From Octopus vulgaris (taxonomy: Eukaryota), in the NCBI GenBank assembly GCA_951406725.2, contig OX597819.1, forward strand, positions 113,336,001 through 113,400,000: DNA of 64,000 nt, given 5' to 3'. A model generated the notes under the pieces. That model saw nothing but the letters and a program-made list of their open reading frames with translations. It did not search any database and was not told the DNA's origin. Numbering within the stretch: the first letter of the stretch is position 1; each line of letters opens with the position of its first letter. The position numbers and the translations under genes were made by a program. Shown one piece after another: positions 28,446 through 41,575 of the stretch.

Positions 28446-28695
28446 GTGGAGGCGCGTGGCTTAGTGGTTAGGGTGTCAGCATCATGTTCGTAAGATTGTG
28501 GTTTCGATTCCTGGACCGGGCGACGCGTTGTGTTCTTGAGCAAAACACTTCATTTCACGTTGCTCCAGTCCTCTCAGACGGCAAAAATGAGTAACGCTGC
28601 GATGGACTGGCGTCCCGTCCAGATGGGGAACACATACGCAACTGAAACCGGGAAACCGGGCCTATAAGCCTGGCTAGGCTTTAAAAGGGCGCATT
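28446..28695 (+). mobile_element. tRNA-derived SINE, family D
   Basis: ggaggcgcgtggcttagtggttagggtg...ggtttcgattcctggaccggg; (ttta)n tail. Confidence 0.85.
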
Positions 28696-29226
28696 TATTT
28701 ATTTATTTTATTATATTCTTATCTAATACACCTAAAGCTATGGGAGCTGAGATATTTGTTTATCCGTATTTTTACATGCATTTGAGTGTATAAATACGTG
28801 TGTTAACTATGAATGGGTTTCGTACGTGAGTGTCCCTAAATTTTAACGATAATTTTAACGACCGACAATCGCAGAATTTGAAACTATATCATATCTCTCC
28901 CTATCTCTTATGTTAGTATTGCATTGAAAGCAGACGGGAGATTGGGCTCTTTAAACAAAAATCGGGCGGTGGTTACTCATTTGCTTCCTTCAACCATATC
29001 TTCCTCATTTTTCGCGGAACTCTGATCCCTTAATTTGATTATCTGAATCGTTGAGTTGATACTAAAACTTCTAACGTGAGCAGTCATTAATTTCCTCGTC
29101 CCTACACACTGGCACCTCACACCGCCAACAGAAATAATTATGAGATATGATGGGTGAGGCACAGTACCACAATGTCTTCCACTCTCTCTCCCTCTTCTTC
29201 GCCCCTCTCACTCTCTTTATTTCTTA

Positions 29227-29284
<58 letters not shown>

Positions 29285-29315
29285 GTATGTATATATATAT
29301 ATATAAATATATATA

Positions 29316-29362
<47 letters not shown>

Positions 29363-29383
29363 CATATACATATATATATATAT

Positions 29384-29489
<106 letters not shown>

Positions 29490-29500
29490 CATATATGTAT

Positions 29501-29576
29501 GTGTTTAAAAGTATATGTATAAATAATTTGCATTTATTAATGCACAAATATTTGTGTATGAATATGCGTGTATGTA

Positions 29577-29644
<68 letters not shown>

Positions 29645-29723
29645 CTACATCACACGCATACTTCATACACAAATATTTGGGCATTAATAAATGCAAATTA
29701 TTTATACTTATACATTTAAACAC
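29501..29723. repeat. AT-rich palindrome: ~80-bp inverted arms around (TA)n
   Basis: taaataatttgcatttattaatgcacaaatatttgtgtatgaa versus ttcatacacaaatatttgggcattaataaatgcaaattattta. Confidence 0.9.
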
Positions 29724-30069
29724 AAACACATGTTCGTCTTTGTTTTCAACACAATAATCGTTACGTGCTGTATCACTTGAATCAGAAAAGAAGATTTTCG
29801 TGAGAATTCGATAAGAAACTGGAAGAGGTTATTTTCACAATTTAGCACGCTTGACCATATATATTAATTATTAAGATCCTGTCATTGAGATTAAGGTATA
29901 ACTGAAACAAAATCCACCCCGCTCAAAAAATATATTCTCCTTTGCATTAAACTGAAAACATAGATTCGATCCTCAGTTGAATCGTATTCCGTCTTCGAAC
30001 TTATCCTTTTTGATATCGAAGCCTTTCTGTTATTTATATACTGATGAATGTAATTTAGGTCTCAAAATA

Positions 30070-30663
30070 TGGCGACGAGCTGGTTGAGTCGTTCGCGATT
30101 CGGAGAGAACAGTTAGCGTTATTTCTTCCTGCTCTTTGCGTTTTGGGTTTCATTCCTGCTGAGGTCGACTTTGCCTCTCATTTTTACGAGCTTGAAATAC
30201 CTACCAGTTGAACACTGGGTCGATGTAACCGACTTATTCACTCCCTTAAAATTGCCGGCCTTGTGCCAAAATTTGAAACCATATGGTGTCCTAAAATAAG
30301 ACCGCCAAATTGTCAGAAGCATTAGACGCTGAATAGACTCCCCGATTTGTTCCGATAAAAGGCAGCGAGTTGGCAGAAACGTTAGCAGGCTGGCCGAAAT
30401 GCTTAGCGGTATTTCGTCTGCATTACATTGTGAGTTCAAATTCCGCCGAGGTCGACTTTGCCTTTCATCCTTTCGAGGTCGATTAAATAAGTACCAGTTA
30501 CGCACTGAGGTTGATATAATCGACTTAATCCGTTTGTCTGTCCTTGTTTGTCTCCTCTGTGTTTAGCCCTTTGTGGGTAATAAAGAAATAGGCATTTGTT
30601 CCGATTTTGTTCGCTCTGGGTTCAAATTCCGCTGAGATTAACTTTTTTTTTTCATCATCCTTT
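30070..30663 (+). mobile_element. Two SINE family B copies
   Basis: Heads at about 30070 and 30360. Confidence 0.85.
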
Positions 30664-30959
30664 CACATATCCAACAGAAATAGTTACAAAGATAAGAAGA
30701 GTGAATCATGGTCCACATATACATTGTGTGCATATACAAACACACACCAGACGTCTGCAGTTTCCGTGTATCATGTTCCATTCATGATTTATCCTCCCTG
30801 CATACAGACACCTCATATCCTCAAAAGAAATAGTAAAGAGAAACGAAGTGCGTCTTCTTCCATCTCACTCATTTCCTCTTTCTCTCTCTCTCTCTCTCTT
30901 ATTCTCTCAATACATACGTACATACATACATGCATGCTTACATACATACATACATACAT

Positions 30960-30994
<35 letters not shown>

Positions 30995-31112
30995 AGGGGG
31001 AACGAAGGCGCATGGCTCAGTAGTTAGAGTTTCAGGCTCAATCATGAGGTAGTGAGTTCGATTCCCGGACCGGGCTGATACATACAAACAGATAGACAGA
31101 CAGATGCACACG

Positions 31113-31173
<61 letters not shown>

Positions 31174-31174
31174 G

Positions 31175-31470
31175 TGAAGGCGCATGGCTCAGTGGTTAGA
31201 GCATCGAGCTTACGATTGTGCGGTTGTGAGTTCGATACCCAGACCGGGCTGCGTGTTGTGTTCTTGAGCAAGATGCTTTATTTCACGTTGCTCCTGTTCA
31301 CTTAACTGTAGAAATGAGTTGCGACGTCACTGGTGCCAAGCTGTATCGAGCTTTGCCTTTCCCTTGAATAACATTGGTGGCGTGGAGAGAGGAGGTCGGT
31401 ATGCCTCAGAGGGGAACTTTCTAGGTACAATCCCATCGTCATTCATGAGTGAAGGGAATCTTTACCCTTA
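31175..31470 (+). mobile_element. tRNA-derived SINE, family E (an extra head lies at 31003-31077)
   Basis: gaaggcgcatggctcagtggttagagc...gagttcgataccc. Confidence 0.85.
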
Positions 31471-31475
31471 CCCTT

Positions 31476-31521
<46 letters not shown>

Positions 31522-31555
31522 TGAAATTAAAAGAGTGTGACAAAGGCAATTCATT

Positions 31556-31656
31556 AAGAGCTACATGTCTCCATAGCATTCCATTTACTACTTGGAAACG
31601 CAAGCAAATAAGTGTATTACGTAAATTATATATGTGCACCACTTCATCAGACCCTC
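31556..31656 (-). ncRNA. Degenerate hammerhead-like motif
   Basis: Minus strand: gagggt CTGATGA ... GAGAC AT GTA gctctt (GAAA mutated, weak stem II). Confidence 0.35.
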
Positions 31657-31736
31657 GAACTGCGCAAGTAACGTATCGATTGTGCCAACGGTTCGATCCA
31701 GTATTAAATACACCCCCGCCACACGCACACACGGGT

Positions 31737-31812
<76 letters not shown>

Positions 31813-31834
31813 GTTCTTTTATATACAATGCCGA

Positions 31835-32330
31835 CTTGTTTAGCAAGTGTAAGATTGGTTGAATTGAGAGCTTCCTTACACAATCATATCTGCGCTGGGC
31901 TGGCCATGTTATCAGAATGACGAAAAAACACCCAAAGTCCTCATGAGAGTGGGCACACGAATGTTGATCGACCATAGCTCAGTTATAAAGACAAGCTGAA
32001 GAGTAACCTCTTATAGATGAAAATCGCTCGCAACACCATTGAGCGAACAGCCTTGGAACGAACAAAATGGAGATCGTTGTGTCAAAATGGTATTAAAAAC
32101 TTTGTTGCAACCAGCATTAATAGGCTTCGGGGTGCAAGGCAAAAGAGAAAAGCAGCTGCAAATATACCCCCTGCACTGACCTGTGATCCTCATACTTGCA
32201 ATATCTGTGGCCTTCTTTGAAAATCGTTGGCGGGACTTAAATGTCACATTCAACATAAGCATTATGACTGACAAAGAAAAAGTACGTTGTCGGAGCTTCA
32301 TACGTCGAAACCGACGCCGAAGTCCATCAT
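31835..32330 (+). mobile_element. RTE-clade LINE 3' fragment
   Basis: LRWAGHVIRM, YKDKLKSNL, ALERTKWRSLC, CNICG..SLAGLKCH C-terminal zinc motif. Confidence 0.8.
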
Positions 32331-32871
32331 ATATATATATATATATATATAGTACTTACATTTATACACATACATGTTCATATATTGTAAAAGACTCTTA
32401 CCCAAAAGGCCGTGCAATAGTATTGATTCCGGACATACGTAGTTACGAAACGAACTTCTTAACCAAACAGGCATGCTTGTGGCCTTACTTAATCCTATGT
32501 CAATCTTGATTCAGCTATGACAGGACCATTAAACTTTAGATTTATCATATACAATACGCTTTAATATTTTATAAACGGTAGATATTTAGTTTGTGGTAGA
32601 CTTTATTGCTATCTACATAGTTTGAATTACCAAGTAGAGGATCCCTTCCTTTACCTTCACTGGATAAATCTTTCATCTCTTTGCTGACAAATACCAGTTA
32701 TATAGTGAGGTTGATCCAGTTCACTCAATCCATCTTCTCTAAAATTTATCGTCTGATTCACTGCCAACATGGGAAAATCACTACCATTCTTACTGACATC
32801 GTTAGACCTTCAATATTACTCAGTGATTAGTATAGAGCCAGAAGATCCTCTCCGAGTCATACAGACTAATA

Positions 32872-33071
32872 GGGCTGGTTTTTCCGCTCTCCCCTAGACG
32901 GGACGCCAATCCGTCGCAAGATCACTCATTTTTTATCAACCGAGTGAATTGGATCAATGCAAAAGGAAGTGTTTTTTCTCAAAAACATAACGCATCAACC
33001 GGTCCATGAATCGAAACCGCAATCTTACGATCATGAGTCCGACACCCTAATCACTAAGCCCTGCGCCTCCA
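32872..33071 (-). mobile_element. SINE family D
   Basis: Reverse complement of the family D head and body. Confidence 0.75.
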
Positions 33072-34076
33072 ACTGACATTGTTGGGTCAACAAAAATTGT
33101 GCCTGTGAGTTGATTCGTATGCGCACCATTTCCGATAATATCTGTTAGTTCCTTCTAGGAAGTCCATTAACTTCAGCTAGGTCGTATATATTTGGGATTT
33201 CAAAAAAGAACGGCATATCTCTTTTCCCACCCACATCGGAATGAGAATATGACTTCGTGAATGAGAGCTTTCAACAACATCAACCAAGTGAAGTTAAGTT
33301 TTAAAATAAGGGAAGCTCACGGGAAAATAGAAATTGTATTATATTAGTTGTATGGGTGTATATATGTCTGAGGATCACCGCCTATTTATATAGAACTGGG
33401 TTATCATTGATACAAATAGCTTAAATATCACTTTTGTAAGCAACATCTATCATGACCTACCGGAAGTTGGTATGGGGCATTGACGCCATTTTACGAACCT
33501 CTGTTTTCTTAATCGCGATAAATAATAGACTCTTGTCATACGGAGTGAATGACAAGGCAACCTCTGATGGAACTAGGCCGTAAATTAAAGCTGATTCAGC
33601 TTAAGCGTGTTTGTACATAAACGAATAAATATTTACACTTCTAATTATTATTTTTTTATTCATTTATCTTATGCACATACACTCGGGTGATTAAGACGGT
33701 TGAGAAATTTTACTTACGATATTCCTTTCATATACATTCGTCATTCAAAATATGTTTTTATCAATGTTAAAAAGTCAGCCTTAATTAAGATAACCTGTGA
33801 TCAAATACATTCCAGCCATGAACATCCCATTTTCTTTTATATATTCTGAACTACACATTTAATGTAGTCTAAATTTTCGCTATCCATCCTCCCGAAGACG
33901 ATAAACTAGATAGCATCAAGCACAGAGATCGGGATAATGAACTGTTCCTTCCCCAAAATATGTTAAAAATTGTTATTTAGCTGTGAGGGGCCAATAAACA
34001 GTAGATTGGCGGAAGGATTAAATCTTCGGATAAACTACTTTGCGTTAGTTTTTATTGTAAGGGATAAATCTCTCAT

Positions 34077-34215
34077 CTGACAAGCAAATCTGTAGTATTG
34101 AGCAGAATATTTGCTGTAGCCCATCTTTTATACCAAGACAAAACAATGTACATAATAACATTTCCAATCAGTTAAGATCAGAAGCCACGAGAGCCACTGC
34201 TTGGTACTGCATCAG
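34077..34215. mobile_element. Partial inverted copy of the (TAA)n-embedded element
   Basis: Reverse complement of 24085-24224; abuts an (ATT)n tract. Confidence 0.85.
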
Positions 34216-34770
34216 ATTATTATTTTTATTGTTATTATTATTGTTGTTGTTGTTATTGTTGTTGTTGTTGTTACTACTATTATTACAATTATTATTATTA
34301 TTATTATTATTATCATCGTCATCATCATCATCATCATCATCATTATTATTATTATTATCATCCTCATTATTACTATAAGTACCAATTGAACACTGGAACC
34401 GATGTAATCGATTTACCTTCTCCTCAGAAATTGCTGGCCTTGTGCCAAAACTTGAAAACATTTTTTATATAGATCGGTACAAAGAATTGCAGAAACTGGT
34501 AGAGCGATTGAAAATATCTTGTATTTCTTTACGCTGTGAACTTAAATCTAGACGGAAATAACTTCCCCTTTTATCGATCCGCGGTCGATAAAATAAGTGC
34601 TAGTCTGAGCCAATAGAAACATCAATTTTCCTTTGCCTTGACAGCAGCTGGTCCCTCGAGAATGTAGCATATTATGGAATAAAGTTGTGCATGTATTCAT
34701 TCATGCATACACTTATATATATATACACATATATAAATACATATATATATACATACATATGTATATGTAT

Positions 34771-34834
<64 letters not shown>

Positions 34835-35038
34835 AACGTACCAACGTATATATTTAGTTGGTATTTGTCTGCATAAGTACTTATTGTCTTATGCATGAGT
34901 GCGTGTGTGTGTGTGCTTGTGTACGCGCGCGTGTCTGTATATATATATATATATATATATATACAGAGAGAGGGAGAAAGAGACACATATAAGTATATAG
35001 TCATATGTACATACATGTAGATAGATAGACAGATAGAC

Positions 35039-35157
<119 letters not shown>

Positions 35158-35702
35158 GAAAATATGTGTGCGTGTGTGTGTGTGTGTGCGTGCGTATGTG
35201 TGTGTATGTACTATGTGTGCATGTGTGTTAGCGTGCATGTAAGCGTTTGCATTTACATTGCGCATGTCAAAATTTAGCCAGCAACTGAATAAAAAAGAAA
35301 ACAAAAACTCTGCACCCTTTACTTTGTGATCAAAGCTAAGGATTGACCTGAAGCCTACATTTATGGAAATACCTTGTGCATTTTGACAGTACCGCATACG
35401 TGATGAAAAATTTTCCTTCTCAATCGATTGATTTCCATATTTTGCATGCAATCTTTGTGAAATCTAAAATGTACGAGATTGGCCATCAAATCTGTTGTTA
35501 CATAACAGTAAATGTATTCTACCATTTATTACAAATAGATATATATGTTATGAGTACTTCATTATCGATTGAACACCAGTTTAAGCTCGTTGCAGTATTT
35601 TGTTCTGGACCTTTACAAGCTGCGTTCAAATCACGCTGAGGTTATCTTTGCCTTTTATCCTTCGAGTGTCGATGACCATTTCCTTAGGTGATTTGTTCCC
35701 CT

Positions 35703-36539
35703 TTTACTTAGTTCAGTCATGAGAGTGCGGCCAAGCTGTAGCAGCGCCTTGAAGAATTTTTCGTTGAATAAATCGGCCCCAGTATTTATTCTTTTTAAGC
35801 CTAGTACTTATTCTGTTGGTCTGTGGAGGTACAATGGCCCAGTGGTTAGGGCAGCAGTTTCGATTCCCAGACCGGGCATTGTGAGTGTTTATTAAGCGAA
35901 AACACCTAAAGCTCCACATGGATCCGGCAGGGTGGTGGTGAACCCTGCTGTACTCTTTCACCACAACTTTCTCTCACTCTTTCTTCCTGTTTCTGTTGTA
36001 CTTGTATTTCAAAGGCCAGCCTTGTCACACTCTGTGTCACGCTCAATCTCCACGTGTCTGTGGAGTGCTCAGCCACTTGTACGTTAATATATGAGCTGCT
36101 ACGTCACTGGTGCCAAGCTCTATTGGCCTTTGCCCCTTGGATAACATCGGTGGCGGGGAAAGGAGAGGCTGATATGTGTGGGCGATTGCTGGTCTTCCGT
36201 AAACAACCTTGGAGGGTAACTTTCTAGGTGCAATCCCATGGTCATTCATGATCGAAAGGGTTACAACTTATTCTGTTGGTCTAATTTGCCGAACCGCTAA
36301 GTTACGGGGATGTAAACACACCAACACTGGTTGTGAAGCGCTGATGGAGGACAAACAAAGACACATACACACACATATATATATATACACGGGCTTCTTT
36401 CAGTTTCCGTCTACCAAATCAACTCACAAGGCTTTGGTCGGCTTGGGCTATAGTAAAAATCACCCATGGTGCCACGCAGTAGGACTGAACCTGGAACAAT
36501 GTGGTTGGGAAGCAAGCTTCTTACCACACAGTTGCGCCT
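35703..36539 (-). mobile_element. SINE family A interrupted by a nested SINE
   Basis: Family A sequence resumes at 36283 after the insert. Confidence 0.85.
35823..36265 (+). mobile_element. Nested SINE (family C head, family E-like tail) with 17-bp TSD
   Basis: acttattctgttggtct at 35806-35822 and 36266-36282. Confidence 0.9.
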
Positions 36540-36576
36540 AAAACACATCAATAAAAATTACTACTTTTGATAGAAA

Positions 36577-36897
36577 GTGCTTGACTTCATTGATAAATCA
36601 AGTTCTGCAAAAAATCTGGAATTAATAATGGAAGCATGTGCTGAACTAAATACTCCAAAAGAATTATTTCCCGGAGGTGTAAAACTCTTGATAAAAGTCG
36701 TTACTGTCATCAAATGTAATAATTTTCAGGAAATGATGCCAAAAGAGTTTATTAAGAATATTGCCAATGATACACATAGCTGTAACTACGGAAGAGGGAA
36801 GCTTTACGGAACCAAAGTTGGGGAAGACGTATTTACATTCATGCCGCTAGACAGAGTAAATTCTCTGGAAATTTGCTCAAGAGAAAATGTTTTTTAA
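36577..36897 (+). mobile_element. Probable hAT transposase C-terminal dimerisation domain remnant
   Basis: ELFPGGVKLLIKVVTV ... MPLDRVNSLEICSRE resembles hAT xFPN..KL...LT and MxQxRLNxLA motifs. Confidence 0.45.
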
Positions 36898-37577
36898 AAA
36901 ATGTATAGAAATACAATAAAAACATATGCAAACCTTCAATAAAGAAAAACGTGTTTTACTTCAAGATAATATATGATTTTCATTTTATTTAATTTATTCA
37001 TATTTTTGCTTATATTTTTTAATGTGATTAAATATAAATTAAGAGAAACTTCGTTACATCTCCTTCAGGTCAACAACATTCTTTGAACATCCGCTCATCC
37101 ACTCATCGTCCATTCAGTGTTATCAGGTAACTAAAATGTGTTGAAATCTTTGCCAGTAATGGAGAAACAATTTCTCTATACCCCTCCCTTTCTCCTTCTC
37201 CCCCAACCACCCCAGATCTCTCTCTCTCTATCTCTCTCTCTCTCTCTCTCTGGTGTGAGTACGTCAGTTATTTGTCTCTTTCCAACAGATGAACTCGTAG
37301 ACCTTACTTATGGAGATGTTTATCGAAGAACCGGTTATCTAACTACAGAAGCTTATTCACGCTGGCCTAACCGTCCCATCTGCAATACAGGCAAGTGCTT
37401 ACGCACTTACGTCTAATATCAGACCCAGTACGTCAACTGCAACGAATGTTACGTTGGCAACATGATTCCACCTAAGAGCGTCTCAACACACACGCATCAT
37501 CTCTCAAAGAACATCTTTTAAATGCAAGACCATGAACAACGGCATCGCGGCGACCATTACATCAACAGACCACAATA

Positions 37578-37791
37578 TTCTTTTCTACTCTAGGCACAAG
37601 GCCCGAAATTTTGAGGGAGGGAGCCAATCGATTAGATCAACCCCAGTACGCAACTGGTACTTAATTTATCGACCCCGAAAGGATGAAAGGTAAAGTCGAC
37701 CTCGGCAGAATTTGAACTCAGAACGTAAAGACAGACGAAATACCGCTAAACGTTTCGCCCTGCGTGCTAACGTTTCTGCCAGCTCGCCGCC
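37578..37791 (-). mobile_element. SINE family B
   Basis: Full head to tail. Confidence 0.9.
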
Positions 37792-37811
37792 CTCTATAGA
37801 TCACAGCATTA

Positions 37812-38084
37812 TCAGGTCATCTCATAAGTTCTGTCCGATTTTACCTTTTTTTGAGGGACATAACTTTCGCAAGCCAGGAGGATGTCGAAACTGACATTTC
37901 AGAGTTCTCCGCTTTGAAACCAAAAGAGTATTACATTGATGAGATTAAAAAGCTTGTAAATAGATGGAAGGAAGTCATAGATAATCAAGGAAAGTACATT
38001 AATGATTAAATTTCAATTAAATATAACATTTGATCATTTGTTTTCTTTATTCAAAATTCGGACAGAACTTACGGGATGACCTGA
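37812..38084 (+). mobile_element. Internally deleted mariner element with TIRs and TA TSD
   Basis: TA|tcaggtcatctcataagttctgtccga ... tcggacagaacttacgggatgacctga|TA; encodes transposase C-terminus KKLVNRWKEVIDNQGKYIND*. Confidence 0.9.
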
Positions 38085-38465
38085 TAGTAAATTGCAGATA
38101 AAAGAAGTTATTCTAATAATAAAAAAAAACATAGCCTAACAATAAACGACCGACTTGAATTCAATGCTTGCTAATAAATACTCTGAGTACTATGGTTCAC
38201 AATACTTGACACAATTCTTCCTCAAACAACAGTCATATGACTAAGATGAGGGCTATCAGATTTGAAATACCCAAGACATGACAACACTCCAATGACTCCA
38301 AAGTGAATGAGTCAAAGTATAGTGAGTGTATGTACATATATAGAGATGCGCATGTGTACCTGTGTATGTATTTGTGTATACACGAACGGTGAATTACGTG
38401 AAACAAGTGAGAGAAGTGAGCAAAACATTTTGTAGTGAATATGGCTTACTGAAGCAGAATTTTTA

Positions 38466-38508
38466 TCTCGCGACGCGAGTTTCACTCCATTGCGATCTTC
38501 AGGCGAGA
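38466..38508 (-). ncRNA. Type I minimal hammerhead ribozyme candidate
   Basis: Minus strand: tctcgc CTGAAGA tcgcaatggagt GAAA ctcgc GTC gcgaga; 6-bp stem I and intact core, weak stem II. Confidence 0.65.
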
Positions 38509-38966
38509 AGTGTTATCAAGTGGTGAAAAATATATACTACAACAAACTTAACAAAAGAACAGTGTTAACAAGATTGATAGATAACTTTCAATCACACCCT
38601 CTCATCCATAAATAAATCATTCCATAAAATGCAAAATTCAAAATCAACCAACAGACACAGGTATTAGACAAACGAATAGATGCCACCAAATTGTTTAATA
38701 ACATCAAGTTCTCACTTGAAAATCGTAATTTGACCCTCTGCAAATTCCAAATTTTATTTTGGTTCGTGGGAGCAATGCCTTCAAAATCTTATATTGTCAT
38801 TCATTGCCCGAAATAAGGAGTAGAAGGACGCCGACAACTGCTGAAGGGTCGTTTTTATGTTACTTGTCATGTTTCCCTTCGTTTCTCTCGTTCTTTGCGT
38901 ACCCAACGTTATTTTCGTATTTCATGTTGTTTACGTTTTGTGACGTCCTGTACCCATATATGCATG

Positions 38967-39023
<57 letters not shown>

Positions 39024-39151
39024 GTATGTATGTATGTACATATGTGTGTATATATATGCATATATATATATGTGTGTGTGTGTGTGTATATAGTATAGTT
39101 TGATTGAACGCCACGCATCCATTTCCAAGTTTTTCATATATATGTATAATA

Positions 39152-39241
<90 letters not shown>

Positions 39242-39908
39242 CGGGCTGGAACTGCGATATATATGAACAGGATATATAGTAGAATAGTGGAATGGTATTA
39301 TGAGCGCTATGAGCTGATAAGAGAAGAAGAGCAGAGAACCAAACCAAAATATAAAATATCAAAAAAAAAAAAAAAGAAACAAAAGGAAAAATAAAACAAT
39401 ACTGAAATGCAATACCAGAAGCATGCAACATAGTTGGTGGTATGCAATTTCTAGTGTTCATTGTTTACTTTGGTGCACCTACATGCACAAGCTATTTCCC
39501 GTCGCCGATACCAGATGTTAACTTGGTGTCAAATGTATGTTTGCCAGAAGTGGTGACGTGATGATGAATTTTGCAGTACCTTAGCCCCACCCAGTGTAGT
39601 TTTTAATAGTTCGAGTAATGCAGAGCTGCAGCAGAATCACAATGCGATATAATATAATGTAATGCAACTTAATGCAGTATAATATCTGCCAAAGAACGGT
39701 GTCAGTGACCTGGACGCAGTGCTGTTACGACAGTTTTGACAGCTTAAGAACTGAATGGAAAGTGGATCGAACCGTTCTTGCGTGTTTTCACAGATGTCCA
39801 GAATGGCATTTACCTGACATAATTGCTTCGGTCTGAGATCAAGTATCAAGTCTCTTGTCACGCTAACACTACTTCAAGGTATCTCGTATATATATATGAG
39901 TATATATT

Positions 39909-39985
<77 letters not shown>

Positions 39986-40045
39986 TTTTATCTGTTTCAG
40001 TCATTAGACTGCAGCCTCGGTGGTGCACACACACTCACTCACACA

Positions 40046-40086
<41 letters not shown>

Positions 40087-41092
40087 CACAATCTCACACA
40101 CACAACACATTCACTCACACACTCACACAACACACTCACTCACACACTTACGCACACACACACACACACACAACACACTCACTCACACACGGACGCACTC
40201 ACGCACACACACAACAGACTCACTCATACACTCACGCACACACACACAACACACTCACTCACACACTCACACACACACACCACACACACGCAACACACAC
40301 ATACAACACACACACACAACACACACACACAACACACTCACTTATGCACGCACACACACACACACATTCACACACGGTGTGCTTCTTTTCAGCATCCGTC
40401 TACCCAATCCACTCTCATTTTTATCTTCACGTTTTACTCTTTCTCCCAAACTGGACACAAGATACATGTATAATATTCCTTTATTCAGAGAGAACATTCC
40501 TTCATTCATCTATTCCTCCCTCAGCCCCCCCCCCTCTCTCTGTCTCTTACTTCTCTCATTTTCTGTTTCGTTCAGTTATTTGTCCCGTCTGTCACCTTCT
40601 TACTTACCCATTACCTCCAACTTACTATTTACTCCATTCTTCTTATTGTCCCGTTTGAGGCTTCCCCCACCACCACCACCACCACAAATACTACCAGGCC
40701 TGTTCGACTTTCTCCGTCACCCCCCCTCTCTATCAGTTGCTTATTTTCTTTGTTGCTTGTTATGTGTGTATGTGTTTATGTGTGTAACTGTGTGTATATA
40801 TATATATACATATGTGTGTATGTTTGTGTCTTCACCTGTCTAAACATTCGTGTTAAGTACGACTACAATCACCAAACTCTTTCTCTTTATATGTGTGTTT
40901 GTGTGTGTGTATATATGTATGTAATACATTCGCACATGCACATATATACATATTCACATATGCATGCATATTCATATATATTGACTTGCATACATATACA
41001 TATGTAAACATATATGTATATGTATATATATGCATACACACACACACACACACACATGTATATATACATACATATATGTATATATAAATGTA

Positions 41093-41180
<88 letters not shown>

Positions 41181-41202
41181 TATACATATGTTCACAAACA
41201 TG

Positions 41203-41344
41203 CACTGGCGTAGCTAGGGGCGCGGTGGTAGGGGTGGTCCACCCCGGGTGGCACTTTTAAATGGGCGGCACTTTTGGGTCTCCTGTAAGCAATATGTGTT
41301 ACTTTTGGGGTCCTGGAGTGACGCACACTATAGTTACGCTAGTG
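41203..41344. mobile_element. hAT-type MITE
   Basis: TIRs cactggcgtagcta / tagttacgctagtg; 8-bp TSD caaacatg / caaatatg. Confidence 0.8.
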
Positions 41345-41575
41345 CAAATATGCATGTATAGCGGCATATATGCACATACATAGATACAAATATATATAGG
41401 CATGCATGCATGTATATAAGTATATATGAATGTTCTATGAGTATGCATGTGTGTGTAAGTATGTGTGTGTGTTTGTGTATAGATGTATGACATTGTGTTT
41501 GCGCGTGCAAGCGTGTGTGTACATATGTGTGGATATATGTGCTTTTCAGTATCTATGTGGGGAGGCATTTCTCGC

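Larger units (their letters stand above)
37270..38150 (+). mobile_element. Decayed Penelope-like GIY-YIG fragment split by a SINE and a mariner insertion
   Basis: PICNTGKCLRTYV*YQ...NCNECYVG, and after the inserts KLQIKEVILI...TIND. Confidence 0.55.

Noticed and set aside
28446-28520. tRNA genes (here and at other SINE heads)
   Set aside because: The A/B boxes continue into SINE bodies and the cloverleafs are imperfect
38230-38285. Hammerhead relic after the Penelope fragment (gtcat...GAAA...atgac)
   Set aside because: Core and cleavage triplet need four or more changes; too degenerate
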